From Octopus vulgaris (taxonomy: Eukaryota): a DNA stretch of 64,000 nt. The DNA lies in NCBI GenBank assembly GCA_951406725.2, contig OX597839.1, forward strand, positions 3,224,001-3,288,000, read 5' to 3'. The notes beneath the pieces were generated by a model, which was not told the DNA's origin, searched no databases, and was given only the letters and a program-made list of their open reading frames with translations. The position numbers were made by a program, and so were the translations under genes. Shown here piece after piece: positions 12,963 to 25,620 of this stretch (the stretch's first letter is position 1; each line of letters opens with the position of its first letter).

Positions 12963-13139
12963 TACCATGATGATTCACACCGGTTATCAAAATGCCCACA
13001 TAATGACAGCTGTTCAGTTCTCTGTCAACATTCTAAAGGCTGCAACGGAGACTATGAAGCCGTGGTCAACAGGAAAGGACACCAATGGGCGTTCTGATTG
13101 CGTCTGCACGCTAGAACTTATTCCCACATCTTTGAACAA

Positions 13140-13625
13140 AGCCTTAGGCTCTGTTCAGACGGCTATGTGATGCTGTTGGAGACTGTGATCAAAATCTGGC
13201 GAGAGAGGGTTGCTGCTGGAAGACCATATGTGTGGCAGCAAAATTCGCCTCCGTACCATTCCTCCAGAAAGAGTCAAAAGTAGTTGTCGGAGAATTTCTA
13301 CAACGCCACCACCCCCAATTTCTGGCTCCCCAATTACTCCGATTCTAATCCCATGGATTAATATGCGTTGGGGCGCGGTTGAGGAAGACACCAGCCGTTC
13401 TGCCTCCAACACCAAGACCGACCTGGTGGCCAAGATCAAGAAGGTGTTCGAAGATCTTGTAAGGGACACAGTGAGGAATACATAAGTCAGATTCTGGAGC
13501 CATCTTGAGGCTGTGAAGGAAGCTGATGGCGGCTAATTCCAGTAAACTGTTATCACGCAGCCATAATCTTGTTGATATTTATTGATTTTTAAAAATACTT
13601 TCATTTTTGGATGGGGACATTGTGT
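13140..13625 (+). mobile_element. 3' fragment of a DD37D/maT-like transposase
   Basis: AAGRPYVWQQNSPPYH...NFWLPNYSDSNPMD...LEAVKEADGG, with stops. Confidence 0.75.
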
Positions 13626-14137
13626 TCTTTTTTTTCTTTTTTTTTTTTCCTTTTATGCAAATTACTGAATTCAGTCCGAACACCCTGTATTAGCCATATA
13701 TTCTCTACTGCTGTTACTACTCCAATACTGATGACATCTATAGGAGAAGCATTGTTGTTTTTCATAATATTATTTCCTTTAATATGTCTCCTTTTGTTAT
13801 TCGTCAATGAGTACCTGCATCAGCTGGAACATCCGGGATTTCACATAGTTTCTGCGTTATGTGGGAATTTGTTGATAAGGTGTAATTGAAAACGTTCTTT
13901 TCATCCTTGAAACACATCAGCTATATTTGTATTCCTTTTAGTGCTTTTATCTTTTATTACACTCCATATTTTTCTCTTCTTTCCTGCCATTTCACGGACT
14001 GACTTGAAAGGTTTTTCATTATTATTGTTCCAGCATTCAGCTTATAATTGTTCAATTTTCTTTTTACGTTCTTAAACTTTTCTGTTTTGACTGCCACTGG
14101 TTTTATTGCTTTCTTCAGTTCCTTGTATCGTTCGACT

Positions 14138-14202
14138 TTGGTGTCAAACATTGGTGTCAAACATTGGTGTCAAACATTGGTGTCAAACATTGGTGTCAAA
14201 CA
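14138..14202. repeat. 13-bp tandem repeat ttggtgtcaaaca x5
   Basis: Direct reading. Confidence 0.9.
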
Positions 14203-14516
14203 TGTGCTCAAACATTTTTGTTTATGACTTTTCGCCTTTGTTCGCGAAATGTCTCCATTTCTGATGCTGTGTGTGTAGGTGTGTGTATGCACATACGTGT
14301 GTGTCAACCGATGTTGATGTGTTTACGTCCATGTACCTTAGCGGCTCGACAAAAGTGACCGATGGGATAAGTACCAAGCTTAGGAAAAGAAGTACTTGGA
14401 TCGATTCATTCAACTAAAAACAAAGCATTCAAGATGTTGCCCCAGCATGGGTGCAGTCAAATGGCTGAACCAAGTAAAAGAATATATGCGGGTCTGTGTG
14501 TGTGTACAAATATATA

Positions 14517-14555
14517 TACATTGATAAAGGGCAAATACCCTGAAACATGTCTGCA
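14517..14555 (+). ncRNA. Type I hammerhead-like motif, U3-A8 core (Penelope pLTR-type)
   Basis: taca-TTGATAA-aggg caaata ccct-GAAAC-at-GTC-tgca. Confidence 0.55.
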
Positions 14556-14792
14556 GCTGTCTGACTGGCAGGATGAAGCGGCTGACCTCCCCTATTCGAA
14601 GGTTTATAATAGACGCAGATTGTGTGTCAAATAGCTAGCTTGAGGCGGTGGCCTCTTGGAGCTAATCAGCGACAGCTTTAGTCTTATATTCATAAGACTG
14701 CCATATAAGTATGGCGATAACAATTAATTTCCAGTAACGCTGCCGTAATCTCCTTTAGAGAGACTTAGTAATTTTAATATTTCTATTATATA

Positions 14793-14857
<65 letters not shown>

Positions 14858-14895
14858 GTATATATATGTATGTATTTACATAGATACGACATGTA

Positions 14896-15085
14896 CCGTT
14901 GGCGATTTTTTTTCCTCTGTCTTCCCTTCTCTGGATCTTCCCTTCTCCTAAGTTTCCGACGAAGAGCTCCGCTCGAAACGTTAAACCCTCCTCCTTTCCT
15001 TCTTTCCTGAGCGTCCAATAATACTATATTTGTTCCACGTCCTCGGGTTGTTGTTTTTTTTTTGTGCTTTCTTGTTTGGATTAAC

Positions 15086-15086
<1 letters not shown>
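14896..15086 (+). mobile_element. P1 element copy
   Basis: gttt-CCGACGA-agagctccgctc-GAAAC-GTT-aaac at 14952-14986; ends in (TA)n. Confidence 0.7.
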
Positions 15087-15119
<33 letters not shown>

Positions 15120-15288
15120 TATATGTGAGAATTTATTTGTATATGTATGAATGTATGTATATATACATGTGTGTACACAATGTATATATGTATATACATA
15201 CGAAAGTATTGTTATATGCATGTATGTATGTATGTATGTATGTATGTATGTATGTATGTATGTATGTATGTATGTATGTATGTATGTA

Positions 15289-15319
<31 letters not shown>

Positions 15320-15504
15320 GTGTGTGTATGTATGTATGTATGCATAGATTATGGTAAAGCCAAGTCAAACATACCCTTTCTCATTATGATTAAGCGCTAA
15401 GTAGAAAATATAACAAAAAAACATCTGTTTCTTGTAAGTTGCTTATAAAAACACGGACACACGCTACCGATAACATATATTTGTGGCGAAATGTATGTGT
15501 GGTG

Positions 15505-15535
<31 letters not shown>

Positions 15536-15544
15536 GAGTGATTT

Positions 15545-15597
<53 letters not shown>

Positions 15598-15600
15598 TAC

Positions 15601-15668
<68 letters not shown>

Positions 15669-15818
15669 ATGGAAATGTATGCGTGACATACAAGTAAATA
15701 ATAATATAAATAATATATATATAATATATATATATATTTATACTATATACATATATTATCTATATTATATACACACAGACATACACACACATATACATGT
15801 GTGTTTAGGTAAATAGAG

Positions 15819-15896
<78 letters not shown>

Positions 15897-16056
15897 GTAT
15901 GTATGTATATATATGTATGTATTTACATAGATACGACATGTATATGTGTGTGTATGTCTGTGTGTATACTTGTCTCGGTGTATATGCTTACGAGCGGATG
16001 TATAATAGAAATCAGCATACATACACTCACACACACACACACACACAAGCAAAAAC

Positions 16057-16108
<52 letters not shown>

Positions 16109-16633
16109 GTATGTGTATGTGTGTGTATAAATACATACATCGTCTTCTCAGCTTATATACAACAATATTTATTTTTTATTTCAGACATTTGAAATATGAA
16201 CATCAAGAAAGAAAGGTGAACTTAAGCAATTGTAAACTCCAGTCCGATTCAATGGTTATTCATTTCTGTTCCAAGGTAAATTGATAATAATTTAATATAA
16301 GGGACACAAAGAGAGGGGGAGAGAGGGGGGAGAGAGAGATAGAGACAGAGACAGAGAGAGGAGAGAGGGAACAGGAGAGACGTATATTCAAACACACACG
16401 TATGTTTTGCAATAATTGTGCTTATTGTTTTCGCGTACATCGAATAATATGCGCGTGTGCGCGCGCACACACGTGTATGTGTGTGTGTGCCTGCGCGAGT
16501 TTGTGTGTATGTGTGCGTATGTGTATGTGTTTGTGTTTGTGTGTGTGTGTATCTACGTACCTACGTACATGCATACTGAGCCATTGTGACCGTATACTTG
16601 TGTGATTGTGTGTATGTTTAAAACTAATGTATG

Positions 16634-16695
<62 letters not shown>

Positions 16696-16700
<5 letters not shown>

Positions 16701-16984
16701 TACAAACAATTAAGGTATTATACATGAAAGAGGTGACCTTTGACAGGACACCTTACATGCTAGAAAGGGCTATCAAAACCCAAACCACGAATAAAAGGTA
16801 ATTTTTAGAGAGTGAAAATAAAAAAAAAAAATTTATAGTTAACCCCAAACTCGAGTTTCTGTATTAATGAGCAAATAAATTAATCTGTTATCTGTACTTC
16901 ATCATGACTTCCCTTTCTAACATGTAAGGTTTTCTATCAAAAGTCACCTCTTTCGTGTATAGATACTTAATTGTTTGCACACTA
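16696..16984. mobile_element. MITE with ~75-bp imperfect TIRs, Tc1/mariner-like
   Basis: tagtgtacaaacaattaag...tagaaaggg versus ccctttctaa...cttaattgtttgcacacta. Confidence 0.75.
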
Positions 16985-17343
16985 TTATGTACGAAAATAT
17001 GTTCTCTATTTATTATGCAAGTAAAAGAGTAAAAGAGTGTATATATATATATATTCTTTTTTTTTATTTTTACGACCAGTCCATCAGATGTAGTTACACA
17101 TCGCTGGTCACAATGCGTTCGCATTGTTTTAGCCTTCGAATGACGCCACCCCGCTGGCTAAGCGAGCAGGCCAACAGAAGAAAGAGTGGTGAAAGAGTAC
17201 AGCAGGGATCGCCACCCCCTGCCGGAGAGTCGTGGAGCTTTTAGGTGTTTTCGCTCAATAAACACTCACAACGCCCGGTCTGGGAATCGAAACTGCGATC
17301 CTACGACCGCGAGTCCGTTGCCTTAACCACTGGGCCATTGCCC

Positions 17344-17444
<101 letters not shown>

Positions 17445-18226
17445 GTATAAACATACATACATACATACTATACATATATACGCATATATGTATATTTTGA
17501 TGTTTATATGTCTGAGTTTTGTGTTTATATATTTATATGTGCGCATACTTTTTATCTGCATACAGATTTATGTTTATTTGTTTGTGTGTGTATGTGTGTG
17601 CGTGAGTGTTTGTATCTTTGTGAGTGTGTGTATGTTTTATGCGTGTATGTGCTTGTTCGTGTTTATGTGTTATCTATGTCTGTGTTTATGTTTGTGTGTG
17701 TATCTTGATTCTTCTCAAATATTTTACCTTTTTCTTTTCCCTGTATGTATCTTTCCTTTTACCCATTCAAAATAGTAGCACTCTTCATTTATAAATCAGT
17801 ATTGTACAAATATCACCGTCTTAATTATTTAGCTAAGCTGATTTAGCCATCAATCAAAAATAAGACGTATCAAATATATAAAATCATTCCTAAAGCTATG
17901 TCAGGAGATCAATGACAACTATTGAACGTGATAAACTAACAAAACAAAAACAAAAAAACTTGCTTTCCGATTGACAGTGAACGAAAATGAGTGGGGTGAT
18001 GAGGTTGATAAATTTCACAAAAATGTGGAATAAAAATGAAATGAAGAACCGAAATATAGAGGTTCTTCCGCAGTCAATGACAAAGCGATGGTTACTGTGA
18101 CAAAGCAAATGATTCACTTGTCACTTGAATATTTAATTTTGTTTCGTATTGTCTGTCAATGGATAAATGCTTTTGTTGTTGTAGCGGTGGCATTTCGTTC
18201 CAAGTCAACATTGATTGAATATAACC

Positions 18227-18602
18227 TATTTCCTTACTACTCACAAGGGGCCACAAACAGAGGGGACAAACAAGGACAGACAAAAGAATTAAGTCTATTA
18301 CATCGACCCCAGTACGTAACTGGTACTTAATTTATCGACCCCGAAAGGATGAAAGGCAAAGTCGACCTCGGCGGAATTTGAACTCAGAACGTAGCGGCTG
18401 ACGAAATACCTATTTCTTTACTACCCACAAGGGGCTAAATACAGAGAGGACAAACAAGGACAGACAAAAGAATTAAGTCGATTATATCGACCCCAGTACG
18501 TAACTGGTACTTAAATTATCGACCCCGAAAGGATGAAAGGCAAAGTCGACCTCGGCGGAATTTGAACTCAGAACGTAGCGGCAGACAAAATACCGCTAAG
18601 CA
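18227..18602 (-). mobile_element. SINE family A dimer (5'-truncated)
   Basis: Junction gaaatacctatttcttt. Confidence 0.88.
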
Positions 18603-18753
18603 TATATATATATATATATATATATTTATCTGTATATATATATAGAGAGAGAGAGATGTGTAAATAAAATTTGTGTGTGTAGATACACACACAGAGACAC
18701 ACATGTATGTATGTACATGTATATATATATATATGTATATATGTATATATGTA

Positions 18754-18784
<31 letters not shown>

Positions 18785-19335
18785 ATATTCAGACGCATAA
18801 ATGTATAAGTTACATAAGCGTTTACTTTATATGTGCACATATAATAAAAGAATGTGTGTGTGTGTGTGTGTGTGTGTAACCTTACATAGTAAATACATAA
18901 CCAAAGATTAATTTAGCTATTTCTCAGATACACATCACACAACAGAGTCACATACACACACACAAATGATATATGTACAGACACAGACACACCACGCACA
19001 AACATATTCAACACACGCAACATGTAAACACACACGAGTATAACATACCCACGTAGACATATTACTACATCACCGCATATCACTGAATCATTGCATAATA
19101 TTCTATTACCAATATCCTCATTGCTAAAATAACAGTAGAGATTCTACTTATTTTTAAGTATTTCATCTCGGTTTTGGTGAATATTGTCTCGGTTTTGGTG
19201 ATTTTTCATATTTACCATTCTTCAAACCACGCTGCCTAAAGTCACCGCTAGAAACTATTTTCCAATTACATTATAAATAGACGTATGTATGTGTTTGAAT
19301 GTGTGTATGTTTGTATGTATGTATACATGTATCTT

Positions 19336-19378
<43 letters not shown>

Positions 19379-19379
<1 letters not shown>

Positions 19380-19537
19380 AACGCACACATAAACAGACGT
19401 ATACATACATACAAGCAATCATACATACAAAAACATACATACATACAAACATACAAACATACACACTCATACATGCATGCATACAAACATACACCCATTC
19501 AGACAGACATACAAGCATACATACATACATACATACA

Positions 19538-19609
<72 letters not shown>

Positions 19610-19768
19610 TGTATGTATGTATGTATGTATGCTTGTATGTCTGTCTGAATGGGTGTATGTTTGTATGCATGCATGTATGAGTGTGTATGTTTGTATGTTT
19701 GTATGTATGTATGTTTTTGTATGTATGATTGCTTGTATGTATGTATACGTCTGTTTATGTGTGCGTTT
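19379..19768. repeat. 390-bp palindrome centred on (AT)n
   Basis: Arms are reverse complements; identical ORFs on both strands (19467-19670 -, 19477-19680 +). Confidence 0.92.
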
Positions 19769-19810
19769 GCTTGTGTGTATATGGTCGTGTGTATATATAT
19801 ATATATATGT

Positions 19811-19852
<42 letters not shown>

Positions 19853-19947
19853 ATAAATATATATATAAATATATTATATAGGCATAAAAATATACTCGTA
19901 AACATGCTTATACAAAATTGCTTACAGACCTACTTACATACATTCAT

Positions 19948-20023
<76 letters not shown>

Positions 20024-20829
20024 TTCACACGTATAAACACATATATGTATAAATAAATACGTATACATATATATATGTACGTATATATGTGTGAGTACGT
20101 ATGTATAATATATACATACACACATACACACACGCATACACCCACATATATATATGCATATGTATGTATGCATGTATCTATCTCGCTATGTAATAACTGA
20201 ATGTGTGTATGTGTGCAGGAATATATGTATGAGTATATTTGTGCGTGTGTGTTTCAGATGACACAGAAAGGGCGAGAGAGTGAAAGTGAAAGTGTATGTG
20301 TTAAGTATCTGTCGCAAAGTGTATTGCACTCCTTCCACACATCAATTGTTCCAACATCTACAAAGTTTAAGCGCCTAAGCCCAATATAAGCACAACGTCA
20401 CTTGTACGAACAGGCATAACCCTGCCGCGTGTATGTGTCTAAATGTGTAAATGCATATGCATATAAAATGTTTGTACGTTTGGACGATTGCTCTTTTGCG
20501 TGGATGTGTATGTGTATGTGTGTATATGTGATTGCGTGTTTGTGTTTGTGTGTATCTGTGCGTGTGGTGAGTATGTGTGTATGTTTTTCTATTTCTTTTT
20601 CAGGATAATTTATCAAATTTTCAGCTCTACGAGGTGATGCGTCAAATGGAAATATTAACAATGCAGTAAACCTATTTCAGGAATGATTATATATGAGAGT
20701 TTGTAATAACACTATCGTAGGACACTCCGCCATTTTCACTCACTTTCTTCCTCTTCTCTCCACCTCACCGCCCTTCCTGCCTCTGCTTGTTTTATGTATG
20801 TATGTTCGTATTATGTATGTGTGTGTGTG

Positions 20830-20989
20830 TGTGGCTGTGTGGTAAGAAGCTTGATTCTCAACTACTTGGTTCCATGTTCAATCCCACTGCGTGGCATCTT
20901 GGGCAAGTACATTCTACTTTGGACTCAAGCCCACCAAAGCTTTGTGAGTGGATTTGGTAAACGGAAACCTAAAAAAGCCCGTTGTATAT

Positions 20990-21052
<63 letters not shown>

Positions 21053-21285
21053 TGTGTGTCTTTGTGTTTGTCCCCACCCACTCCATCAGCATTTAACAAC
21101 TGGTGTGGGTGTGTTTACTTCCCTGCAATGTAGCGGTTCGGCAAAGAGAGCGATAGAATAAATACAAAGTTTAAGATATAAGTCCTGGGGTCAATTTGCT
21201 GGACTAAAACCCTTCAAGTCGTTGCTCCAGCATGGCCGCAGTCACATGATAACTGAAACAAGTAAATCAATAAAAGAATAAAAGA
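20830..21285 (+). mobile_element. SINE family B (tRNA head, cttgggcaagt CORE-like motif, internal (GT)n)
   Basis: Matches many copies in the window. Confidence 0.82.
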
Positions 21286-21321
21286 GAATATATACACACA
21301 CACACGTACGTATATATATAA

Positions 21322-21522
21322 CGCCATGATAGATCGTTAGCTACTACATACATTTTTTTCTCTCCTTGTTTCTTTCCTTGTTTTTTTCTGTGTATCTTTC
21401 TGTCGAAGAGCGTAGGCTCGAAACGTAAAAGACTTTTTCTATTCCTGAGCGCTATACTAATACATTTGTTTGTTTGTACACCACCTGCCTTCGTCTTTCG
21501 TTTGTTTTCGTAAACTTTCCCT
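21322..21522 (+). mobile_element. ~200-bp Penelope-pLTR-like element, family P2, in (TA)n
   Basis: Second copy at 57712-57915; hammerhead-like motif at 21395-21432. Confidence 0.7.
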
Positions 21523-22055
21523 ATATATATATATAAGTTCATTAAAAAATTTAGATTTAGTTGAATATAGTACTTAAGTTAAAGGCACCAGAATTTGGTA
21601 TGGTATTATCTATATAAATCAAATGTTTTCTGTGTACGGTGGCAGTAATGAAAGAGTGTGCATGGAGAACCAGAATGCAAAGAATCGTGACAGGATCCTT
21701 CATCTCCGGCACTGGTTTGCTATTCTACTTCAGGTACCATCTGAAAAGCAAGATAAGGCTGGAGAGAAGACACCTGTCGTGAAGTATATATGAGAAAAGA
21801 TGGAAGGATGTCGTGTGGAAATTAGGAGTGACTGTCCCTACTTAATTCCACCCATGGTAGAAGCGAGGTGTAGTCGCTGACATTCTAGCCATATCTTGTG
21901 AAAATAAGCTTGTGAAAATGTTTAATTTATATATATATGATTCATCAAATTTTTTAATATAAGCTCACTCAGCACATTTATATGTTTGTAACGTCCTGTA
22001 ATGTCTTTCTTTGCAATAGATATCTATTATCCTAATAAAGAAAAACGGTGGTTGT

Positions 22056-22100
22056 CACACGCTGATGACGGATCAATACCCAGAAACTCGGGTCCGTGTG
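22056..22100 (+). ncRNA. Minimal type I hammerhead ribozyme with canonical core
   Basis: cacacg-CTGATGA-cggatcaataccca-GAAAC-tcgg-GTC-cgtgtg; perfect 6-bp stem I, weak stem II. Confidence 0.7.
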
Positions 22101-22282
22101 TATCATGTCAAGCTGGAGATGAGAACGATAACTTCCCTTTGCAAATACTGATAGGGCACAGATAGTGTGTCGATGGCCAGCTGGAGATGTCTTCCTGGGG
22201 CTACAAGCAATAGTAGCAACAACCCTTAAGGGTTAGCCACATTTAGGTGGCAAATATACCTCGCTCAGTGATTTATTATTGC

Positions 22283-22339
<57 letters not shown>

Positions 22340-22622
22340 CGCGCGTGTGTGTAAATGGAACAAAAACGCAGTAGAGGCTATTAAAACGTTCGGATACACA
22401 CACGACGGATTTCTTTCAGTTTCTGTGTATCGAATTTATTCACAAGGCTTTAGTCGACCCGCGGCTTCAGAAAGGAACTTAATCCTACTAACAGAATGGT
22501 GATCTCTGATGAGATGAGAGTCGTAATTTCTGGCCGTGTCGTAAGAACTCAAAGTTACGTACATGTGCGTGTGAGTATGATGAGAGATGTGGATGTAGGA
22601 AGGGCACATACATAAACTCATA

Positions 22623-23135
22623 TCTATTTATATAAAACTGTAGTTGTGTGAGTGTCTGTCCCCTTCGATTTAGATTCCTAACTACTCCCACATTTTGCGG
22701 TGCAGTTTAACCTAATTCGGGTATCTTATAGTCGTGATTCATATCGAGCCCGTCTGAGTATTAGCGCGCGTCTACGATGAGTCTACGATTTTAAAAATAA
22801 TTTAACATAATTTTTTATTCCATTTTAATGCATAATTTTTCGTGTGTCGATGGCGGCGGAGTTGGCGTCCATGGTCACACCTGCACCTGTTTGCTTCTCC
22901 CCCTTCTTCCCTCCCTCGTGAAGCTGTGGGGAAGGGAGTGTAAGGAAATCAACGTCGTAAAGCGTTGTCAAGGAGACCAGCGTTCTTTTAGAACAACGAC
23001 TTCATGGCTTGAAGACACCAAAACAGAAATGGCTAAGAAAGCCCGAATTGGCATCTATAAGGGAAGTAACTCTCTAAAAATGCTTATATAGTTATTTCCC
23101 TTACAAACCCGAGCAACGCCGGGCGATACTGCTAG
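22623..23135 (+). mobile_element. Non-autonomous Helitron
   Basis: a|TCtatttatataaaa start; subterminal hairpin cccgagcaacgccggg; CTAG|t end. Confidence 0.85.
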
Positions 23136-23467
23136 TGTATATATAAATGTGTGTGTGTGTGTGTATGTGTGTGTGTGTATGTGTGTGTGTGTATGTGTGT
23201 GTGTGTAAACAGAAATTACATGCATAATGTTTTTTGCTTCTTTTTCTTTTCTTTTCAGGTTTAACGAAGATAAAGTTCCTTGTTTTTCGGGAAAACGACC
23301 TTAGAGATATTTGCAATGAAATATTTTAATTCCTCTTATCAGATGAAGAAAACAGAACAAGAATACGAATGAAATAAACCAAAAATAAAATGGTGGCCTC
23401 GTGACCTCATTTTAACCAACTCATTTCCGACATTGCAGCGAACATAAAATAACAAATTAGCTGCATT

Positions 23468-23486
23468 TTGTTATTGTTATTATTAT

Positions 23487-23527
<41 letters not shown>

Positions 23528-23849
23528 TCACTATCCTCTTCATCATCATCATCATCTTTCTCACAATACTGCAATAACAACAACAACAACAACAACGACT
23601 ATTACAATAACATTTACAACCACTACCACCAACACCATCAACACTACTACTACTACACCATCACTACAACTACTAGTATTACTATTACTAATACTGCTAT
23701 TACTACTACAAAAGCAACAACAACTACTGAAACCACTACTACTACAGCAATTATTACAATAACAACTACTACCACCACCATCACCACCATCACATCCACC
23801 AACAACAACAACAACACTACTACTACTGCTGCTGCTGCTGCAGCTGTTG

Positions 23850-23908
<59 letters not shown>

Positions 23909-23922
23909 GTTGCTGCCGCTGC
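23468..23922. repeat. Compound trinucleotide repeats (ACT/AAC/ACC/GCT)
   Basis: Direct reading. Confidence 0.9.
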
Positions 23923-25569
23923 AAGAATAACAATATTATCAAGAATACATTTTAATACGAACGCAAAAGTTTAGGACGGAAATAGAGCTTTGATAAAGAA
24001 GGAAGCGAGAAAGTCAGAAATAGTGATTAGAGAACGAAAGAGGGGGAGATAGAGAGAGAACGAGACAAAGAGAGAGAGAGAGAGGAGAGAAAAAGAGAAG
24101 AGAAAAAGAGAGTTAAACTAGGAAATTGTGAATCTACAAGATTGGGAATGATTAACAAAAGAAAGCAACAGTGGTGGAATTGGTGAATGAAGGGGAAGAA
24201 GCTATAAAAGAAACAAATAATTAATGAAATAAAAACTGTAAAGTGAAGATTTGTTACTTTCCAAATAGAGGTTTAATTGGTTGGTGAAAATTTAATCAGA
24301 GAAGGGCAAAGGTTGCAGTAAATGAAACAGAACTTTGTTTAGTTTTGGCGTGCAATTTTAAGATTCATTACAGAGAACAAAAAGAAAAAGAAGAGCAACA
24401 ACAGCCGTTGTAACAACGAGAGGTGATTTGTATAGAAAATCGTTACAAATTTTAATGTTTCTGATGTGACATTTTGAAACTTTTGAAGGTAAATACCGTT
24501 GTAAAGGGAATAAAGAAAAGAAGGAAGGAAGGAAAGATAGAAGGAAGGAAGGAAGGAAAGAAAGAAAGAGAAAGAAGAAAGAGGAAGAAGGTGGTAGGGG
24601 AGGAATCATAGAAATTGAATTGTAATAAGAAATAGACGTAAGAAGTGACAGACAGAAAAAAAGAGAGAGACATAGAGAAAGGAAGGAAGAGAGAGACGGG
24701 GAGAAAGAAAGGAAGAAAGAATAGAAAATAGGGAGTCAGGAAAAGGAAAGAAAGGGAGGAAGGAGGGAAGTGGATTGTTGAACTCTTTGAAGAATATATG
24801 CTTCGATTGCCTCAATTTTAGCTTCAGAAGCGGTATTTTGAATCTTTCAAGTACTTTGATTGCAATAAATATATGAAGAAAATAGAAGAGATAAAATGAA
24901 AAATAATAAAACATAAAAAGTAATGATAAAAATAAGAATAAACCAATAAATACATATATGTATGTATGTATATAGATATATAAAACAACTTGAATAACAT
25001 TGCACAAACATCTGGAGCAACAACAATAACATCAAAAGCACTCAGTGCTAATCACAATTATAAGGGACAAACGACCTAGATTCTGCTCTTCAAAAAGCAA
25101 ACTAAATAAAAAACAAAAAACATAAAATTAATATAATTATGGGCGAAATGCATATGTTAATATATTTGTCCAATTTCACCTGACCTGGGGTTCAAGAACA
25201 ACAACAACAGAAATAAAATATTTATCATTGTAATTGTTTCACGTAAAAAATATTTTACTGGAGAACATACCACGTTGCCCCAATACTTTTAGCCTTTCTC
25301 TTTGCTAAAAACGGTATTGTTCAGGGCTTTATTTGTGTTTAAAAACCTCACTGGCCATCGAGCTAAAATCTTTAAAACTAAACAATGTTTAGTTTTCGTG
25401 GGTTGGCATAAAATCTACCTAAAATAGAGAACACTCACGCACACACATAACACACACATATCTTCGCTTGGTGTTAATTGTCGGAAGAAAGAGTTACTCG
25501 ACAGCATAGTAATTTTCTTGCAGATCCTGCGCATCTGTAGACGAACTCAGAGTAGAGGCCGGCACGACC

Positions 25570-25620
<51 letters not shown>

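Noticed and set aside
23468-23974. Signal peptide plus Thr-rich mucin-like ORF
   Set aside because: Built entirely from trinucleotide microsatellites; no splice or homology support
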